Source of the DNA: a virus
DNA: 29,780 nucleotides
Virus record (IMG/VR): IMGVR_UViG_3300045988_067336
Reading direction: 5' to 3' (one strand)
Part shown: piece after piece, positions 8,169 through 17,897 of the stretch
How the letters are laid out: each line of letters begins with the position of its first letter
Numbering within the stretch: position 1 is the stretch's first letter
Notes under the pieces: model-generated
Told to the model about the DNA's origin: nothing
Databases searched by the model: none
Seen by the model: only the letters and a program-made list of their open reading frames with translations
Translations under genes and position numbers: made by a program

Positions 8169-8825
8169 ATGATAATCGACGACACCATACGAGACCAAGT
8201 CGGCGACGCCGCCTATACCACATGGAAAGACCCCGCATTGGCAGACCTTGCCAACATGCTCTGCATGAGCCTCGACCAGTCAACAGAAGACCTTCCAGGC
8301 ATCGTCAGCGACGACGGCAAACACGTACACCTACCAGCATGGTATTCAGAAGTAACCAGCATACGGTCCTCATACGATCACAACCTCGACTACACCATCA
8401 ACTACACGCGGTCTGACGGTTGGACCCCCGAAACGAAATACGCGAACAGTCTCACCCTCACCACACCATACCTACCCGGCATGCCAGTCACTATTACCGG
8501 CATCCACGGATTCAACCGACTACCAAAACCCTTGACCGGTATCCTCACAGCCATCATCCAAGCCGACCAGGCGACAGTCGACCGAACCGACAGCATCACT
8601 TCGAAGAAAATCGAAGACGTAAGCGTCACCTACGCCACCAGCACACAAACCACACTCGAACATACCCTCACCCCCTACCTTGCACTGCTCGACCAGTGGA
8701 AACTCTGCCCTGCGACAAACACCGGCGGCATCCTAAGCATGCCAAACCCCACCCACAACCAGCCATGGTGGCTCAACACGCAAGACTATCTAGGAGGCGA
8801 CTACACGTATGGCACCGCAATGTGA
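8169..8825 (+). CDS. Head-tail connector/adaptor protein (assigned by position).
   Basis: It is the first gene after the capsid module. The 218-aa sequence has no motif I recognise firmly. Confidence 0.45.
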   Translation: MIIDDTIRDQVGDAAYTTWKDPALADLANMLCMSLDQSTEDLPGIVSDDGKHVHLPAWYSEVTSIRSSYDHNLDYTINYTRSDGWTPETKYANSLTLTTPYLPGMPVTITGIHGFNRLPKPLTGILTAIIQADQATVDRTDSITSKKIEDVSVTYATSTQTTLEHTLTPYLALLDQWKLCPATNTGGILSMPNPTHNQPWWLNTQDYLGGDYTYGTAM

Positions 8826-9180
8826 CCCATTCACCTTATTCCCTAACCAAACCCAACCAGCCACAATCTGGAAATACACAGCACCAGGCCTCGACAACAT
8901 CAAACTCACAGAAGTAAAAACAATCATCAAACACTCCACCGAAAGCGACCAGCCAGCCGAACACGGTAGCCGTATCGCCACCCGCCGCTTCCACATCCAA
9001 CCCGACAACCTCCCCGAAACCCTCCGCGAAGACATGGAAGCATGGCCAGACCTCATCCTCCAACTCCCCAACGGACGCACCTACCAAATCACCAAAGCCA
9101 GCCGAGGAGACGACATGGACACCGGCAAAACCACCTTCATCACCCTCACCGGCAACCCCTACGCAAGGAACAGCCTATGA
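8809..9180 (+). CDS. Head closure / head-tail joining protein (assigned by position).
   Basis: The 123-aa ORF overlaps the previous stop and shares ATGA with the next start, as expected for a translationally coupled neck module. Confidence 0.45.
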   Translation: MAPQCDPFTLFPNQTQPATIWKYTAPGLDNIKLTEVKTIIKHSTESDQPAEHGSRIATRRFHIQPDNLPETLREDMEAWPDLILQLPNGRTYQITKASRGDDMDTGKTTFITLTGNPYARNSL

Positions 9181-9497
9181 GCTACCAACTCAAAACCAAC
9201 CCGTCATGGGCTCGCAAACTCTCCACCCAACAACTCAACAAAGGCGGCGCACGAATGATGACCGACATCCTCCGCCTAGCCCGCCAAAACGCGCCAATCC
9301 AAACCGGAGCCCTACGCAACAGCGGCCGCTTCCAACAAGTCGGGAACACCCACTGGCAAATCACCTTCGGCAACAGCCGAGTCCCCTACGCCCGCCTCCG
9401 CGAACACACCAACCACCTCCACCCCAACACCACCCGCTACCTCGAACGAGCCGCCCGCACCGCAAGCTCACGCACCAAAACCTACTTCAACCTCTAA
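9177..9497 (+). CDS. HK97 gp10-like neck/tail-attachment protein.
   Basis: LARQNAPIQTGALRNSGRF matches the characteristic APxxTGxLRnS motif of the family. The start at ATG 9177 overlaps the upstream stop as ATGA. Confidence 0.65.
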   Translation: MSYQLKTNPSWARKLSTQQLNKGGARMMTDILRLARQNAPIQTGALRNSGRFQQVGNTHWQITFGNSRVPYARLREHTNHLHPNTTRYLERAARTASSRTKTYFNL

Positions 9498-9506
9498 GGA
9501 CACCCC

Positions 9507-9932
9507 ATGATAGACCTCGCAGTATGCATGACCCTCCAAAACGAAGGCTACGGCACCTACGGCCAAAACCTCTTCTTCGGTATCAGCCCCATCCTCGACA
9601 CCGGCACCATCACCAACCAGGAAGGCATCTGGGTCAACGCAAACACCATCGACGTCAACGGAGACCTCTACACCGACCAAATCACCATCAGCAGCCGCCA
9701 CAACGACGTCCTCATCCAAGGACGACTCATGCTCCGACTACTCAACCTCATCAATAACAAGCTCCCCCACTACTGCCAACTCACCTGCCAGCCAATCGCC
9801 GACATCACCTACGAGTCAATCCGCACCCACCCAGCCACGGCGATAGACCTGGACGCCATCGACCACGAAGGCCACTGGGTAAAAAGCATCCGCTTCCAAA
9901 TCGACTACAAACTCGACCCCACACCACTGTAA
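9507..9932 (+). CDS. Tail terminator / tail completion protein (assigned by position).
   Basis: A 141-aa ORF directly upstream of the major tail protein. Confidence 0.4.
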   Translation: MIDLAVCMTLQNEGYGTYGQNLFFGISPILDTGTITNQEGIWVNANTIDVNGDLYTDQITISSRHNDVLIQGRLMLRLLNLINNKLPHYCQLTCQPIADITYESIRTHPATAIDLDAIDHEGHWVKSIRFQIDYKLDPTPL

Positions 9933-9986
9933 AATAAAAACGGCATAACACACCACAATCAAAAACGCCAAAACGAAAGGAAAAAA

Positions 9987-10811
9987 ATGGCATCCTACCC
10001 AATCATCGGCAAGAAAACCGTCTACATCGACGATATGGTCATCCCACCAGACTACATTCAGGACGAAGTCGGCACCATCACCCTCACCCCAAGCACCACC
10101 GAAATCGCCTCACAGTCAGGCACCATCAAAGTACCGAACGGCAGCTACGACGAAATGAGCTTCGAACTCAACGTCATCTGCCCAAGCGTCCGCTTCCTCG
10201 GCATGCTATTCCCCGAACTCTACCACAACGCGAAATTCAAGCGCGTCATCAGCGGAAACATCAGCGAAACCGGCCAAGTCCGATTCGGTGGCAACGAATG
10301 CGTATCCAACACGCCACGAGACATCATCATCCACAACGTCTGCGACGGCCACTCCAGCGCACAAGACTTCCGCATCCCACAAGCACTCATCAGCGCAGGC
10401 GGCGAATTCAAAATCAGCCTCAGCGACCCATTCGTCGTAACCCTCACCGGCACCATGACCGCCAGTCCCGAAGGCGCAGTAGTCATGGGCGAACTCAACC
10501 TCGACACGCCATCCTATTATGATGAAACCACCAGCTCCATCAAAACAACAGAAAGTTCAATCACTGAACTAAACGCCAGCCCAAACACCATCACCGGCCA
10601 CATTAACGACAAGATGAAAATCAACGTGACCGCCATGCCAAACGGTTCCACCGGAGACATCACCGCCACCATCGCCGAAACAGGATTAGCCGACGCAGTC
10701 GACAACGGTGACGGCACATGGACAATCATCATGAAAACGGAAGGCACCGGCACCATCACCTTCAAATCCGGTACCGCACAAACCATCGTCAACATCACCG
10801 TAACAGCCTGA
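9987..10811 (+). CDS. Major tail protein with a C-terminal Ig-like (Big_2-type) domain.
   Basis: It sits before the chaperone and tape-measure genes. The C-terminus ITGHINDKMKINVTAMPNGSTGDITATIAETGLADAVDNGDGTWTIIMKTEGTGTITFKSG is Big_2-like. Confidence 0.7.
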   Translation: MASYPIIGKKTVYIDDMVIPPDYIQDEVGTITLTPSTTEIASQSGTIKVPNGSYDEMSFELNVICPSVRFLGMLFPELYHNAKFKRVISGNISETGQVRFGGNECVSNTPRDIIIHNVCDGHSSAQDFRIPQALISAGGEFKISLSDPFVVTLTGTMTASPEGAVVMGELNLDTPSYYDETTSSIKTTESSITELNASPNTITGHINDKMKINVTAMPNGSTGDITATIAETGLADAVDNGDGTWTIIMKTEGTGTITFKSGTAQTIVNITVTA

Positions 10812-10920
10812 ACCAAACAAGAAAGCCCATCACCGTTACAATACGATGACGGGCTTTCCAGTCAACACAATGGCAAATAAAGGAGCCAACACCCATAATA
10901 CCACGCCCAAAGGAGCAAAA

Positions 10921-11271
10921 ATGACTACGCCAATCCTGAACATCGACACTCGCAAATCCTTCCGCGAGCTCACCGTCAAAATCGACGGTACCACCTATAC
11001 CATGCGTCCCCTCGGTTCGAAAGACATGCTCACCATCCTCGATAATGCCGAAGCGTTAGACAAGCTCTCTACCGGCCGAATGACCAAGGAAACACTGAAA
11101 ACCGCGGAAGACATCATCTTCCCCCTCATAACCTCGCTAATGAGCCCCAACAACGCTTTCCAGGAATGGGCAAAACAGACCAGACAGCGTAGCGACCTCG
11201 CCTACCTACAAGCCATGACCGCACTCTGCAAGCTCATGGCTGGAAACCTCACCCTCGACATCAAAGGCTGA
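10921..11271 (+). CDS. Tail assembly chaperone (gpG-like).
   Basis: A 116-aa ORF just upstream of the tape measure. The RBS aaaggag precedes the ATG at 10921. Confidence 0.6.
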   Translation: MTTPILNIDTRKSFRELTVKIDGTTYTMRPLGSKDMLTILDNAEALDKLSTGRMTKETLKTAEDIIFPLITSLMSPNNAFQEWAKQTRQRSDLAYLQAMTALCKLMAGNLTLDIKG

Positions 11272-11279
11272 CATATAAA

Positions 11280-11609
11280 ATGCGTTCATGGGATAGTCTT
11301 CTCACCCCCGCTGAAAAACAGCGGATGCAAGCATACAAACAACAAAGAACACAACAACACGCTTCACCAAGCATCCGCATCCTTGCTGAACTCGGCAGCC
11401 TATACGGGTGGGAAGCCATCCATGACGCATTAGAAAACAAGCTAACGCCAAGCCTGATGCTCGACCTGATCAAAGAAGGCCGACACCAGCAGCGAATCCG
11501 TTTAGCCGAACAATACCGGTTGACATTCGAATGCTTGACCGCCGCATTCACCAAACACGGAGACCAGAAAATCAGCCGTATCATAAACGAGCTCGGAAAG
11601 GAACTATAA
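11280..11609 (+). CDS. Second tail assembly chaperone (gpT-like), in the -1 frame relative to the upstream chaperone.
   Basis: A 109-aa ORF between the gpG-like gene and the tape measure. There is no SD before its ATG. Its reading frame stays open upstream across the stop of the previous gene. Confidence 0.5.
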   Translation: MRSWDSLLTPAEKQRMQAYKQQRTQQHASPSIRILAELGSLYGWEAIHDALENKLTPSLMLDLIKEGRHQQRIRLAEQYRLTFECLTAAFTKHGDQKISRIINELGKEL

Positions 11610-13661
11610 ATGGCTGACTCCACGCTTATACTCGACGCGGAAATTAACACTAGCGATTGGGACGCCGGTGTTAAAACCATCCAATCCGGTAGCCGACAGA
11701 TAGAACAATCCGCACGCCAAGCCGGCGAAGGCATGGACCAGATCGACAAGGCTTCCACTAAAGCTTCCGGTGGAACCGGTAAATTCGCTGCTATCGCGGG
11801 AGCGATGGGTGGTTTGGTGTCCACTGGCGTCAGCATGGCCGTGGATGCTATCTCGAATCTTAGCGGCGATATTATCGAGGCTTCCGATTCGGCTCAGAAG
11901 TTCGCTAGCACACTAAGTTTCGCCGGCCTAGACACAAGCACGATCGACCAGCTTACCGCCAGTACGCAAAAATACGCGGACCAAACAGTATACGACTTAT
12001 CTGACATTCGCAACACGACCGCCCAGTTAGCCGCGAACGGTGTGGACAATTACGCGAACCTAGCCGAAGCTGCCGGTAACCTTAACGCTGTCGCTGGCGG
12101 TAACGCGGACACGTTCAGAAGCGTGGGCATGGTACTCACTCAGACAGCCGGTGCTGGCAAACTCACCACCGAAAACTGGAACCAGTTGGCTGACGCGATC
12201 CCGGGTGCTTCAGGCAAACTCCAGGAAGCCATGAAGAAAAACGGGGCCTACACTGGTGATTTTCGTGATGCGATGGCCAAGGGTGAGATCACCGCCGAGG
12301 AATTCAATAAGGCCGTCATGGATTTAGGTATGACCGACGCGGCGAAGGAAGCAGCGACCAGTACCCAAACCATCGAAGGCGCGATGGGTAACCTGGAAGC
12401 GTCCGTCGTGAACGTGGGCGTGCAACTCTTGGACGCGTTCAAAGGCCCGTTGACTGAAGCCATGAGCGGTCTCGCTGATGGTATCGGCAGTCTGCCTGCC
12501 ATGTTTAACGGGCTTGTATCGTCGGCTGGCCCGGCTTTAAGCCAGATAGGCAAAGTGTTCCAAGAGTCTTTCGCTCCGGTAGGCCGGATCGTGTCCGGGC
12601 AACTGCTCCCCGCTTTGCAACCGTTCATGCAAGCCTGTCAGAATATTGGCAGTGCGATCATGCCTGTCTTAAATGCCGCATTCCAGGCTTTCACACCGGT
12701 ATTGGGTTCACTGGTCGCGAAACTCACGGAGGTCGCGGCAACGATCATGACCACGGTCACACCGGTCATCAATAATATAGCCATGGTGGTGCAGGCCGTA
12801 CTGCCGACGATCCAGGCCGCGTTCACGACGGTCGCTTCAACCATCCAGGGTGTCATCAATGCGGTATTCCCGTACATTCAGACGGTGATCACGACGGCCA
12901 TGAACGTTATCAACGCGATCATCACTACCGTGTTGGCGGCGGTGCAAGGCGATTGGAATGGCGTATGGACTGGTATCGGCAATATCATCACAACCATATG
13001 GAATGGTATTAAAAGCAACGTGTCAGCCGGTATTAACGCTGTTTCAGGCGTGATCAGTTCGATTATGGGTTCTATCACCGCTTACTGGTCCGGTGTTTGG
13101 AATACTGTCAAGAGCCTCGTAAGCAGCGCATGGAATGGTATTACCGGTGCCGTCAGCAATGGTGTCAACAGTGTCATGAACACTGTTCAGGGCATCGGCG
13201 GTAAGATCAAGGGCGCGTTCAGCGGGGCTGGTAGCTGGCTGTTAAGCGCAGGCCGGAACATCATCATGGGTTTGGTCAATGGTATTGGGAATGCGATCGG
13301 CAGTGCCGTGGCGGCTGCCAAGAACGCGGCTGCCAATGTCGTGAACGCGGCTAAATCGGCGTTGGGTATTCATTCCCCGTCTCGCGTGTTCCGTGACGAG
13401 GTAGGTAAGATGATCCCCGCCGGCTTAGGTAAGGGCGTGGAAGCGAACATGAACCTGGCTGTGAATCCGGTCCAACGCATGGTTGCGGATATTATGCCAA
13501 ACAGTTTGTCGAATGGTCCGGCGAGTCTTCCTGTCTCCTCCCCGGTTTTGGCGGACACGAATAGTGGCCCTCGCGTGACGGCCCCGATTACCGTTAATGC
13601 TTCCGACCCGACGATGGCGGCTCGTGAAACGGTCCGAATGATTAATTTCTGTTACGTGTGA
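11610..13661 (+). CDS. Tape measure protein.
   Basis: The 683-aa protein is Ala/Gly/Val-rich and helical, with many repeated A-I-x-x-V segments. The conserved C-terminal motif GIHSPSRVFRDEVGKMIPAGLGKGV is present. Confidence 0.9.
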   Translation: MADSTLILDAEINTSDWDAGVKTIQSGSRQIEQSARQAGEGMDQIDKASTKASGGTGKFAAIAGAMGGLVSTGVSMAVDAISNLSGDIIEASDSAQKFASTLSFAGLDTSTIDQLTASTQKYADQTVYDLSDIRNTTAQLAANGVDNYANLAEAAGNLNAVAGGNADTFRSVGMVLTQTAGAGKLTTENWNQLADAIPGASGKLQEAMKKNGAYTGDFRDAMAKGEITAEEFNKAVMDLGMTDAAKEAATSTQTIEGAMGNLEASVVNVGVQLLDAFKGPLTEAMSGLADGIGSLPAMFNGLVSSAGPALSQIGKVFQESFAPVGRIVSGQLLPALQPFMQACQNIGSAIMPVLNAAFQAFTPVLGSLVAKLTEVAATIMTTVTPVINNIAMVVQAVLPTIQAAFTTVASTIQGVINAVFPYIQTVITTAMNVINAIITTVLAAVQGDWNGVWTGIGNIITTIWNGIKSNVSAGINAVSGVISSIMGSITAYWSGVWNTVKSLVSSAWNGITGAVSNGVNSVMNTVQGIGGKIKGAFSGAGSWLLSAGRNIIMGLVNGIGNAIGSAVAAAKNAAANVVNAAKSALGIHSPSRVFRDEVGKMIPAGLGKGVEANMNLAVNPVQRMVADIMPNSLSNGPASLPVSSPVLADTNSGPRVTAPITVNASDPTMAARETVRMINFCYV

Positions 13662-13679
13662 TAAGGATATGATGAGATT

Positions 13680-14570
13680 ATGAGCGTGTTTCCTACTGAT
13701 CCTCGCGATCTTCAGTTGACGTTGAACGGTTTCCCCTTGTATGGGGTGGATGATAATGGGTGTGAATGGCATGTGACTTTCCAGGACGTGTCTGGCCTAT
13801 TCGATGGTGTCGGGTCCACGTTGAAAACGAGTGAGAAGGCCATGACTGACGGATGGTATGGTAACCTGCCACGTTTGCAGGGCCGTACCATCACCGTGGA
13901 GGGTTATATTATCGGCCGGTGTACGGAATCGTGTGTTACGTCTTGGGATGCGTTTAAAAGCGTGTTGGATCTTGCTGGGATGAGACTGGTCGCCCGGTTG
14001 GGTAATATCGGCCGTCAAGTGCAGGTGTTGCAGTCGGCGGCTGCTCCCTTGGTTAAATGGGCTGGGGTGAACATGCTTAAGTTCAGTCTCGGGTTGACGT
14101 CTTTGAGTCCATGCTTGTATGGGTTGGATTCTGCGTCCGGGGTTACGTATCTGCCGAAAACGTCGGGTGGTATGACATTCCCTTACATGTTTGAGGATTC
14201 TACTGGATCATTGTCGCAGTGGACGTGGTCCGAGAATGTCGTGTCTGGCAGGGTGAGCCTGTCTAATGAGGGGACGGCTTCGAGTCCGGTGATGATCCGT
14301 ATTGACGGTCCTGTCGTCAACCCGCAGGTATTGCATGTCGGGAGTGGGCATGCCATTGCTTTCAATATGACTCTTGGCAGTGGCCATTATGCGACTGTTA
14401 ATGGTGTGACGCATGAGATTCTGATCGATGGGACGGATCCGGCTCGTGGTCGTGTTGTCCGACGTGAGTGGAGTGAGGCGGAACCAGGTGAGAATGCTTG
14501 GGGTTTCACTGCGAGTGAATATTCGGCTACGGCTCATATGAGTGTTTCGTTTTATCCGGCTTATCTGTGA
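13680..14570 (+). CDS. Distal tail protein (Dit / siphovirus tail component).
   Basis: It lies immediately after the tape measure and is 296 aa. Confidence 0.55.
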   Translation: MSVFPTDPRDLQLTLNGFPLYGVDDNGCEWHVTFQDVSGLFDGVGSTLKTSEKAMTDGWYGNLPRLQGRTITVEGYIIGRCTESCVTSWDAFKSVLDLAGMRLVARLGNIGRQVQVLQSAAAPLVKWAGVNMLKFSLGLTSLSPCLYGLDSASGVTYLPKTSGGMTFPYMFEDSTGSLSQWTWSENVVSGRVSLSNEGTASSPVMIRIDGPVVNPQVLHVGSGHAIAFNMTLGSGHYATVNGVTHEILIDGTDPARGRVVRREWSEAEPGENAWGFTASEYSATAHMSVSFYPAYL

Positions 14571-14581
14571 GGAGGATTGTC

Positions 14582-15688
14582 GTGGGTTCGTATAATGGCT
14601 GGTTTGGGGCTTCTTCTTCCGGTAATGGTCGTGTCTTGTGGGGTACTGCCGGTTTTCAGTGGCTTGCCGTGTCTTTGACGAGTGGGTTCGTGTTGGCTGA
14701 GTTTCCGGATTTGCAGGCTACTAGGCTTTCGTATCGTTTCGAGGAGGTGACGAGTGGGACGGTGATGATCCCATGGAGGGATATTCCTTCTAATTGGGGT
14801 GAGGCTACCGTCCCGTATGGTACGGCGATGCTTTTGGTTCGTGGCGGGACGGTATTGTGGGGTGGGATCGTGGTCAAACGTGAACGGACTTTGCAGGGTG
14901 AGGGTTTGTCGCTCACGTTGGCGACCGTTGAACATTATTTCGATAGCGTGTATGTGAAGGATCATACTTATTCCGCTTGGGGGCAGACTTGGATCGTGAA
15001 TGATCTTGTGACGTCTACGCTTGAGGGTCACCGGTTCGTGTTAGACGTGGAGACGGAACATAGTTCCATTAAGCGTGATAGGACGTATGTGGAGTCTTCT
15101 GATAAGACGTTGTTGAGTGTTCTTCAGGAGTTGTCGAACGTGCAGGATGGTCCGGAATGGTGTACGTCTTGGAGGGGTGACGGTGGCAGGTATGTGCCGG
15201 TATTGACGGTCGCGGATAGGGTAGGTTCCCTGACTCCGGTTACGACGTTTGACGAGAGTGTGATGACGTCTTTTAGGGTGTTGGAGGATTATACGGCTGG
15301 CTATGGTGCGAACATGGTCGTAGCGGCCGGGGATACGCTGAATGAAACCCAGTTGCGTTCCGATGTGATGGTGGCCGATCAGTCTTATCGTCCTGTTGTG
15401 GAGCATGTGGTTCGCCCGTCGTCGAGTATTACGTTGAAGGAAACGTTGAACGCTCACGCGTCCTCTGCGTTACGGCAGTTGCGGGATGGTACGAATACGG
15501 TTGATATGACGTTGAGTCTGATGGCTGCTCCTGTCGTGTATGAGGAGTGGAAGCCGGGGGATGTTGTCGCGTGGACTGTCGCCGATGAGGCTGGCCGGTT
15601 CACGGGTTTTTCTAATGGTGAGGCTCGTGTCGTCGGATATGATATTGATTTTAGTGGCGTGTGGACTATCACGCCTGTATTGCGGTAG
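14582..15688 (+). CDS. Tail-associated (Tal-like) baseplate/tip protein, similar to the N-terminal prophage-tail region.
   Basis: It follows Dit. The GTG at 14582 lies 6 nt after the SD gaggagg (14569-14575). The ORF is open from 14567. Confidence 0.5.
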   Translation: MGSYNGWFGASSSGNGRVLWGTAGFQWLAVSLTSGFVLAEFPDLQATRLSYRFEEVTSGTVMIPWRDIPSNWGEATVPYGTAMLLVRGGTVLWGGIVVKRERTLQGEGLSLTLATVEHYFDSVYVKDHTYSAWGQTWIVNDLVTSTLEGHRFVLDVETEHSSIKRDRTYVESSDKTLLSVLQELSNVQDGPEWCTSWRGDGGRYVPVLTVADRVGSLTPVTTFDESVMTSFRVLEDYTAGYGANMVVAAGDTLNETQLRSDVMVADQSYRPVVEHVVRPSSSITLKETLNAHASSALRQLRDGTNTVDMTLSLMAAPVVYEEWKPGDVVAWTVADEAGRFTGFSNGEARVVGYDIDFSGVWTITPVLR

Positions 15689-15698
15689 GAGGATTGTG

Positions 15699-16394
15699 AT
15701 GCAAGGTAAATTCAGGTTTTCGTTTGATGGTGCGGATGCTACGGCCCGCCGGTTTGCGGAGGTTTCCCGGCAGTTGCGGGAGTTACCGGCGAGTGTGGGT
15801 AAGAGCGTTTCCCGGTTGGGGGAGCGTGTCGCTGTTGTTGAGCGGGGTTTTAACTCGTTGGGGTCCGAGCCAAGTCAGGCTGATGCCGGTGAATCCGATA
15901 TGGTGGTTGCGCCGGGCCATGGTGGTACCGGTGTTCGTAACGCGTTTGATAATCCGGTTTCTTTGGCTCCTATGAAGCCGGTTTATTGTCTTTATGACGG
16001 CACGTTGGGGGTTGACTGTTCATCGAAGCGTTCGGTCGTGGATGCCGGTGATGCGGACGGGTTCGTTCCGGTGGATGCTCTCCGTCAGGTGGAATGGAAG
16101 GTGTATTTTTTGAGGGATGATTTGAATCTGAAGCTTGATGATTCTCAGCCGGTTGTTGGGCTTCTGGCGGAGGATTTGGATGATGCCGGGCTTGGTTTCT
16201 TTTGTGAATACGATGGTGAGGGGAATGCGGTCGGCGTTGATTATCCGAGGTTGAGTGTGGCTGCTTTACGGTTGGCTCAGAAGGCTATGGATGAGGTGGA
16301 CGAGCTTAGGGGTGAGGTTGCCCGGCTTTCTTCCTTGGTGGGTAAAATGGGTGTGTCTACGTCTAAAGAATTGATTGTGAGGAGTGACTTATGA
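15699..16394 (+). CDS. Tail fibre/spike protein with a C-terminal intramolecular chaperone (Peptidase_S74-like) domain.
   Basis: The C-terminal segment SSKRSVVDAG...VGLLAEDLDDAGLGFF...VGVDYPRLSVAALRLAQKAMDEVDELRGEVARLSSLV resembles the endosialidase chaperone domain. The SD aggagg (15687-15692) precedes the ATG at 15699. Confidence 0.5.
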   Translation: MQGKFRFSFDGADATARRFAEVSRQLRELPASVGKSVSRLGERVAVVERGFNSLGSEPSQADAGESDMVVAPGHGGTGVRNAFDNPVSLAPMKPVYCLYDGTLGVDCSSKRSVVDAGDADGFVPVDALRQVEWKVYFLRDDLNLKLDDSQPVVGLLAEDLDDAGLGFFCEYDGEGNAVGVDYPRLSVAALRLAQKAMDEVDELRGEVARLSSLVGKMGVSTSKELIVRSDL

Positions 16395-17296
16395 CAGATA
16401 TCGTACTGCATCCTTTGACTGCTTTGAATGGGGCACCTGCTTATACGGCTGATGATTACCGTCATGCTGTCAATCCGTTTTTGTTCCCGTCCGATGGGTC
16501 TGTTTTTAATTGTCCTCAGGGTGTCCGGTATGGCAGTCCCGTACCGTTGGCGACGATTAACGGGTTGACTGTTACTGTCAAGCCTCATTGCGGTGTTGTG
16601 AGCCCGTGGGAGGGGGCTGGTGCGTACACGTACGCTATTACGGAGTCTATGACCGTAAATGTGCCTGATTCGACCGGTGATTATTATATTGTGGTCGCAG
16701 CTTATGATCCGAGTTTGGCTCATGGTGATAATCCTGGTGCGTGGTTGCAGTCGTGGCCGGCTAATACTCCCATCATGGATATCAATGGTTTGGTTTTGGT
16801 TAGGGTTACGGCCGGTGTCGTGTCCGATGTGGCACCGAAGCTTCATGCTGATGGTACGATCCAGGTGCATAATTGGGCGCAGTTGTCCTCAATTTCGATG
16901 GCTAATGGTGTTGAGGCTGTTACTGAGGATAATGGGATGCGGTATCGTCGTGATGGTGGTGTTTGGCTGGCGTTGAGTGACATCCAGTTGAATCCGGGTC
17001 AGTGGGCGAAGGATTGGAGTGTTTGGTATAAGTGTTCGAAGTATGGTAGTATCGTCAATCTTATGGTCAAGGCGTCGAGAAAGACCGAATGGGCGGCGAA
17101 GGCGTGGGAAAAGAGTCAGATTTTGACGTTCCCGGATTATGTGAAGCCGAATATAACGGATTTTAATGTCCCCGCGGCCGGTGTTGAGTATAGTGGTTTT
17201 CAGTTGGATAAGACCGGCTTGTATGTGAGGCCTTTTAGGGATATTACGTATACGAAGAATGTGTGGACTTCTGCGACTTTGTCGTGGTCGGTCTGA
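16391..17296 (+). CDS. Putative receptor-binding / tail fibre protein.
   Basis: It is the last structural gene before the lysis module. It overlaps the upstream stop as ATGA. No motif was recognised. Confidence 0.4.
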   Translation: MTDIVLHPLTALNGAPAYTADDYRHAVNPFLFPSDGSVFNCPQGVRYGSPVPLATINGLTVTVKPHCGVVSPWEGAGAYTYAITESMTVNVPDSTGDYYIVVAAYDPSLAHGDNPGAWLQSWPANTPIMDINGLVLVRVTAGVVSDVAPKLHADGTIQVHNWAQLSSISMANGVEAVTEDNGMRYRRDGGVWLALSDIQLNPGQWAKDWSVWYKCSKYGSIVNLMVKASRKTEWAAKAWEKSQILTFPDYVKPNITDFNVPAAGVEYSGFQLDKTGLYVRPFRDITYTKNVWTSATLSWSV

Positions 17297-17304
17297 TGTA
17301 TGGG

Positions 17305-17335
17305 AAAGCCCCGGCTGTTTGGCTGGGGCTTTTTC
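17305..17335. terminator. Intrinsic terminator between convergent genes. It is strong on the + strand and weaker on the - strand.
   Basis: aaagcccc (17305-17312) pairs with ggggcttt (17325-17332), with additional inner pairs. On the + strand it is followed by ttttcgtattgttttttt. Confidence 0.7.
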
Positions 17336-17350
17336 GTATTGTTTTTTTGG

Positions 17351-17695
17351 TTAGAGTGGGCAGATGCGGCCGCGGAGTCCGTCGGGTAGCGGTGGTTTTG
17401 GGTTGCGTGTGAGGAATTCGTCGTCGACGATTTCGCAGAATTTGGAGAGCCAGTGGCCTAGTGAGCGGATGTAACCTGTTTCGAGGTCGCTGACGTGTTG
17501 GAGTTCGTCTCGTGTTTGGATGAGTTTGTTGATTTTTTCGTCTTGGGCGTCGATTTGTTTTTTGAGTTCGCCTTGTGCTTCGACGAGGTGTTGGTAGGCG
17601 GTGGTGAGGTTGTTGCGTCGTGTGCTTGCCCATGTGATGATGCCGCCTACTGCTATGCCAGCGAGTCCGATGATGGATGTTATTAGTTCGTTCAT
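17351..17695 (-). CDS. Membrane-anchored coiled-coil protein of unknown function, in a moron-like position with opposite orientation.
   Basis: There is an N-terminal TM segment (ITSIIGLAGIAVGGIITWA) followed by a heptad-like region (LVEAQGELKKQIDAQDEKINKLIQTRDELQ). It is the only minus-strand gene inside the structural and lysis arm. Confidence 0.6.
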   Translation of the reverse strand: MNELITSIIGLAGIAVGGIITWASTRRNNLTTAYQHLVEAQGELKKQIDAQDEKINKLIQTRDELQHVSDLETGYIRSLGHWLSKFCEIVDDEFLTRNPKPPLPDGLRGRICPL

Positions 17696-17736
17696 GTGAC
17701 TGAGTCTATCGTAGGTTGTTTTGATATGCTGGCGGT

Positions 17737-17886
17737 ATGAGTCGTGAATCTATCGAGGATATCGTGTTGATACTCTTGTCATCGTTCCTTATTGGCGTCA
17801 TGGTGGTGGCTGGCTATCTGCTTGTTACCGGCATGCCGGCTTTCGCCTGTTTCCTGTTTACTATCTGGTATGTTTTGATTGTCTGA
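17737..17886 (+). CDS. Small two-TM protein, a holin-like candidate, 49 aa.
   Basis: My own translation is MSRESIEDIVLILLSSFLIGVMVVAGYLLVTGMPAFACFLFTIWYVLIV. It lies directly upstream of the endolysin. Confidence 0.45.
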   Translation: MSRESIEDIVLILLSSFLIGVMVVAGYLLVTGMPAFACFLFTIWYVLIV

Positions 17887-17897
17887 AAGGAGACAAT

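Noticed and set aside
10821-10858. The stem-loop after the major tail gene (gaaagccc...gggctttc) considered as an intrinsic terminator.
   Set aside because: The stem has a mismatch and a 14-nt loop, and no U-tract follows it. It may be an RNA stability or attenuation element, but I cannot support a terminator call.
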